From Eutreptiella sp. 'Long Island Sound 2002' (lineage: Eukaryota > Protista > Euglenida), in the NCBI GenBank assembly GCA_964036045.1, contig OZ038379.1, forward strand, positions 12,090,001-12,154,000: DNA of 64,000 nucleotides, in the 5' to 3' direction. How positions within the stretch are numbered: the stretch's first letter is position 1; each line of letters opens with the position of its first letter. The position numbers were made by a program, and so were the translations under genes. Under the pieces are notes generated by a model. The model searched no databases. It was not told the origin of the DNA and saw nothing but the letters and a program-made list of their open reading frames with translations. This document shows, in pieces, positions 58,801-64,000 of the stretch.

Positions 58801-61019
58801 AGCCAATGCGCTGGAATGCTGTTGTCGGGCCCACTGTGTAGCGGGGGCTGCTGCTCCTGAAGCGTAGGTTTGAGGGTATGGAAGGGCGGTCTCCGAATAT
58901 CTCCCGGTGCCATCTTGCCTTCGGGACAACTGGGCCCCTTCTTGAGGGAGGAGCACAACTTGAAGCACAACTTGAAGCACAACAACAGCACAATTCAAGC
59001 AATGATGGCTGCCGTGATCCTCGTTTGTTGGCCCCCTCGTGCAGCTCCAGCATCCTCCTCAACTACATGTCTTCGCGACACCAGCCGCGGCAGAGAGAAG
59101 GGGAAGGGGCGGAGGGGCAGAGGGTGGTGGGCAATCACATAGAGTAGAACACGCTAGGAAAGGCCTTGTGTGAGGGCTGTCCGCCTGCAATCGTCCCAGA
59201 CGGCAGGTCGGAGAGCAACCCTAGAGCAACTGAATCTCACCAACAATCTTCGGCATGCCTGTGGATTTGCAGCAACCAGTCTTACCCCGCCTACTATCGA
59301 TTAGGCAAGGCGATTCGCCATCATATTTTGGTACACCCCGAGGCTAGACCCCAGACAAAGAACAACGCATGATTGAATGTGAACCACTTATCACTCATCA
59401 CTAACGCAAGGTCTCCTTCGACTACCCGATCGATGCTTAACGCAACGGATTCGCGTGTGCGAGGCCTTGATATGAACATCACATGCACAACAAACATGTA
59501 CATGAACGAACGAACGAACGAACAAATGTCCCGTTGCGAGCCATAGCATCGGCACAATCCCCGCCGTTTCCCTTGTCGTTTCGAGCCCGGTGCCCACGTG
59601 TTTGAGTTGGGCTTTTTGTGACTTTGTGTGGTGAATTTTTTCCTGAGCGCACGCACGTGCAAACTACCGCGAAAGTTCTTGTGTGGTTTCATGCGCATCG
59701 GCTTCACTTTGCCACTTGCAAAGGCTCGGGGTGCGCCTAATGCGCATGGCCTCGAGCTTTTGTAGGCTATACGAGCGCGGATTCCGCGTAGCCCATCGGG
59801 TTCTCCGTACTCTCGCCCACCACGATGTCCAAGAGATTGCCGAACGCAATGCTGCCGCTGATATGAACATCACATGCACAACACGCACCAAGCATACCTT
59901 CCTTCACGTTCGGAAAGCCGTGACTGAAGTTGAAGAATCTTTCAGGGATTTCGCCCGACTGATGGTGGCTATTTCCTAACAAGAAGAAGCAAGCACTTCA
60001 CAATCACCTCGTCAACTTCCGACACCCTCACCAACCTACGGTCCCGTTTTCGTTTTGGCAACCCGGTTCGATGAGTCCGCATATCACCGGTTGCGGGGGG
60101 GGCTCAAAGGGCAGCCCGCCACTTAGCTCCAGTCGCGCTTTCCTTCACACGAGCTTACCGCTGGACAGTTTGCGCATTGTTCCACTGCATGTGTGGACCA
60201 TGTCCCTGTCCTCCGAGAGTTGGGTAAGAGCAACTTCACGGATTGTGTGGTGTGGTGTGGTGGCCCTTCATGGGTGATTGTGGTGATAAAGCTCGCTCGG
60301 CACGCGATGCGAATACGGTGAAGCCCGGGCAAACAAACGAAGGCACACCCAAGGGCATGTATGCAAAGCACAATTTGTACTCTTGCTCAAAGCGCATGGC
60401 CACCATCAACGCATTGTTGCGGTCGGCGTGGCTATGGCCAAGCCCGTTGTTGGAGGGCTCTTGCACGACGTACGACACGCACTCCTCCTTTGGGATCAAT
60501 CGGACCACCTACGGGTTGATGGGGTATGGGAGTCTTTCAACGCGCATACGGTTGTTGAAGAGGCAACCTCCATGCCCTCTCTCATGTTATGGCACTATCG
60601 AAAGAACGGATGAAGGTGTGGACCGAACGACAAAGGGTCCAACGAAGTGCTTGCAACTTGAGGTTGGGAGGCATGCGTCAATCAACTATTCCGTCATCTA
60701 CTTTGTGGGGTATGGAGTAATTTGCCGAACAAACGGGGAGCCCTGTGCGTTTGCGACATGGAAACGGTGCAGGTTGTTGAAGCCACGGCTCCGGCTTCAC
60801 TCCGCACCTCAAAGAAACAAGGTCAAATGCAGCACATGGGCACCTGAGGTTGTAACGAAGGTCCATGGCCATGGTCCGTGCCCACCGTTGTGTTCGTCGT
60901 GTTCTGCATCGCATTAAAAAGGAATGAATAAATGCATTGACAACGATGGTGGTTTTGACATCCAAGGTCGATTACAAACTCGTCCTTCGAGGAACGCGCG
61001 TTGATGTGCCCGAAAAGGT

Positions 61020-61021
61020 GC

Positions 61022-61060
<39 letters not shown>
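61020..61060. repeat. (GT)n microsatellite
   Basis: Read directly. Confidence 0.95.
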
Positions 61061-61061
<1 letters not shown>

Positions 61062-62603
61062 ATGCCATGAAAGTGGCCACACCTGCGGAGTTCCGTCTTG
61101 GTCCAAGGAACGATTGCCTTGTGCTTCAACGCCTTGTGCTTCAACGCCTAGTGCTTCAACGCTCGGAGGATTGATTGTCACTTCGATGAAACCGTCGCGC
61201 CTCGGTACTTTGCTTTGCGTGGCTCTAAAGGAGGACGGGGTGAATAATGACGGGTCGCGTCACGAGCATTGCACGGGATAGCAACGGATTGAAAAAATGG
61301 GTCGAACGATGCCACGTTTGAGAACCGGCGACACGCACCAAGGAGCTATGTGGAAAGGCAATCTTGCGTCAAAGTTTCCACGAAGGTAGGTGGAGGCAAC
61401 CTCCTCACCCATTTGTAAGTTTTGTACGGCACAAGATCTTTCATCAAGAACATGATGGCCGGCAACGAGAAGGCCAACAACAAGAAGTATAATAAAGTAC
61501 TCTTCATCTTGCCTAGAGATGTGAGCAACAAGATGCGAAAGCAAGAAGAAGCCAAAGCAATATGATGCGAATACACGCAATCGTGTCACGGTGGGTCCAA
61601 CCACACATTACATTACGTTACGTGGTAAGAATAAATGTTCACCAATTCTTTGCATGTCCGGCGCTACGAAAGCACTATCAACGCTCATTACCCAAACCTC
61701 ATTGCGTGCACTCAGATTGTTTGTGGCATTTTTTAATGTCCATTGCTTGCGTGTGCATTGCCGCGTAAGGAGTGCGTTTGGACGCATTGGGAACGGAAAC
61801 TATATACAATGGCGTAATTGACGCCGGAAGTTTGTGTCTCACCTAATTCCGTAAACAATCCGAGGGGGCCGGCACTTATCAACTCCCTTGATGGAGGTTG
61901 GCGTTCAAGGCCAGGAGCGTTGCGCAAGTCGATGTCCACATCACAAATGCTGGGGAAATGACGAGGGCTAGTGGTTGGAAGTCTTGGCATGGAACAACCT
62001 CCCACGTAGTGCATCGCTGCTGGCCCAAGAGCTTCAAGTCACTTACCTCCCTCCTTCAAGCCAACACTACTCGAATGCTTCGTATAAAGAAGTAGCAACA
62101 TCACCATTAGCAGCAACATAGTACCCTTCAACGATTCGGATAACACGAAAACCAATTTTCGTGAGGAAATGCAAACGAGAATCAACACGGAGGTGCATGG
62201 GTGCATACAAGAAAAGAAAATCGGTTGCATAGACAAGAGCTGTCTCAGATTACAAACCACAAGAATTCCACTGTGCATTACACCCAAAACTTCGATGATG
62301 TGAAGGGGCTCAAGGCAACAAAGCAAATTGTTCGGCGTCTAAGTGATTAGTGAGGAAAAACACAGCCAAAAACAGGCCTGAGCAACAAAACATCAAGGTG
62401 CAATAATGTCAAACAGTCAAAATGAAGGTTCTGGGATCCGAGACTTCTAGACATGTGATCAATTCATTCTAGCCTGCATTCTGAAATTGCCAAATTTCTG
62501 CAATAGATATAAATCAGAATCAGAAATGTGATCCTAGAAAATCCGGTTCCAACATTGTGTCAATTCCTGAATGTCCTGTCAGATACTGAGGAGAAAAGAT
62601 GAC

Positions 62604-62639
62604 GCGGCTCAGTAAGGGACTTATCCCTTACTTAGCCGC
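62604..62639. other. 16-bp-arm hairpin (one mismatch, 4-nt loop)
   Basis: GCGGCTCAGTAAGGGA-CTTA-TCCCTTACTTAGCCGC. Confidence 0.85.
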
Positions 62640-64000
62640 ATCCCACAAATGTGTCAGGAACGCCACAACGGAGTCGTCCAGAGACGTACCGTGAATCACG
62701 TAGCAAGCATCTGCGCTCTGTGTACAGAGACTCTAGTGCGTACTTCTTTCTGTACGCGCGGTGCCACAGCTCGCCGCTCCCGCTACCAGCGCCGTTCTAT
62801 AGGCTGCAAATTGCATACTGGCACCTGGTGGTTTGACACTCCGTGATCTGCCCGGTTACCCGCTTGACCGTTTCTGTGGCTACTGTGGGGACCGCGAAGG
62901 CACCAAAACGGTGCCTGACTGTGTTGACCTGTATATACAGTAGAGTGATTGATCGATCACCCAGGTGTGATACCTGAGTTTCAATCTGCCACAGATCCGA
63001 CAGCAGCCAAAACATCGGCGTTGTCCACATGTGACACTAAACTCATGAGTACTTGGGTCGAATGCATGTACTTCGTCCACCGCGGGTGTTAGTAGCTTTA
63101 AAGCTATCAATCAGCAAGATTGGTCGGCAATTGATTGTCATCGTCCTCCTCCTCTTGAACCTCCTCATCTTCCTCCCCATCTCTACCATGAAATCAACCC
63201 AAGCTGGGTCATTCTCATCATCCTCATCACTATCCTCATTAAAGTGCCGGTGCCTCAACTCCAGGGGACGGATTCCACAACAAGTGCTTGGAGACACACT
63301 ACAGCACTAGGTGGGAAAAAACTTTTTGTGCTTCGCACCCCGAATTTGCGTTCATGAAATTGCCGCTCTGGTTTTGGTGCCTTGGGCTTGCCTTACTCGA
63401 TCACTGCCCAAAAGGCTCAGCCTCGGCACAAGTCGGCTCTGACATACTTGGTGGGAGCAGATGTGCGACGTGATTCGCTGCACGTCCTTGGTTAGCCGTG
63501 CTTAGCACATTCAGAATTCCCTCTTACGCTTTGTGCCTGCTTTGTGCCCATGCATGCTTATGTGCATTCATTCAAGGAACAATACCGCCGAAGGCGGCGA
63601 AGCAAAGAATGAGGAACACATCAAAATACATCCCTGAGGTTGGGCTCCATTAGAAAATTAGGAAAACATCCTGGCTCTACAAAACACATTATTAGAACAT
63701 AAGGATAAGGAAAAAAGCCCGCGGTGGCCGAGGCCATTATTATTCCTTATTTAACACAAATTCTGCAGTACGACAAGAATATTCGAGATCTTGGGATAGG
63801 AGTTTCAAAATGGAATGGAATGGAGTTTAGCTGGAACGGAGTTTTTCAAATGGAATGAGTTGCCAGGGTCCGGAACGGACTTTATGAAGGGAACATCTTG
63901 GGATATGCACATTCCCTTGGGGATCCACACGGCAATACCCCTTTCAGCACGAAGTGCAAACACTCTGTCCAACAGCGGAGTGGTGTTCCGCTAGTGGTGG

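Overview
Eukaryotic nuclear DNA (GT-AG spliceosomal introns, GC-rich, many G/C homopolymers, repeat-filled introns); the species cannot be determined from the sequence. All gene models were reconstructed by hand by phase-matching exons. There are three protein-coding genes, all on the minus strand: (1) an 8-exon MFS transporter of the TetA/MFSD14 type with an extra C-terminal hydrophobic helix (7479-19403); (2) a ~12-exon nucleotide-diphospho-sugar (GT77-like) glycosyltransferase (26623-38533), whose first intron holds two identical tRNA-Pro(AGG) genes with an unusual C33; (3) an intronless TMEM185-like membrane protein (41842-42837). The rest is transposon relics (DIRS/LTR-type RT, several LINE fragments), MITEs and satellites. 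The most notable mobile DNA is a 1.57-kb palindrome-built foldback element with an 8-bp TSD inserted into a perfect 23-bp palindrome, and a 5'-truncated retroposon family that appears to prime at poly-G tracts. Most ORFs in the supplied track are artefacts of repeats or antisense frames. No CRISPR array or rRNA was found.
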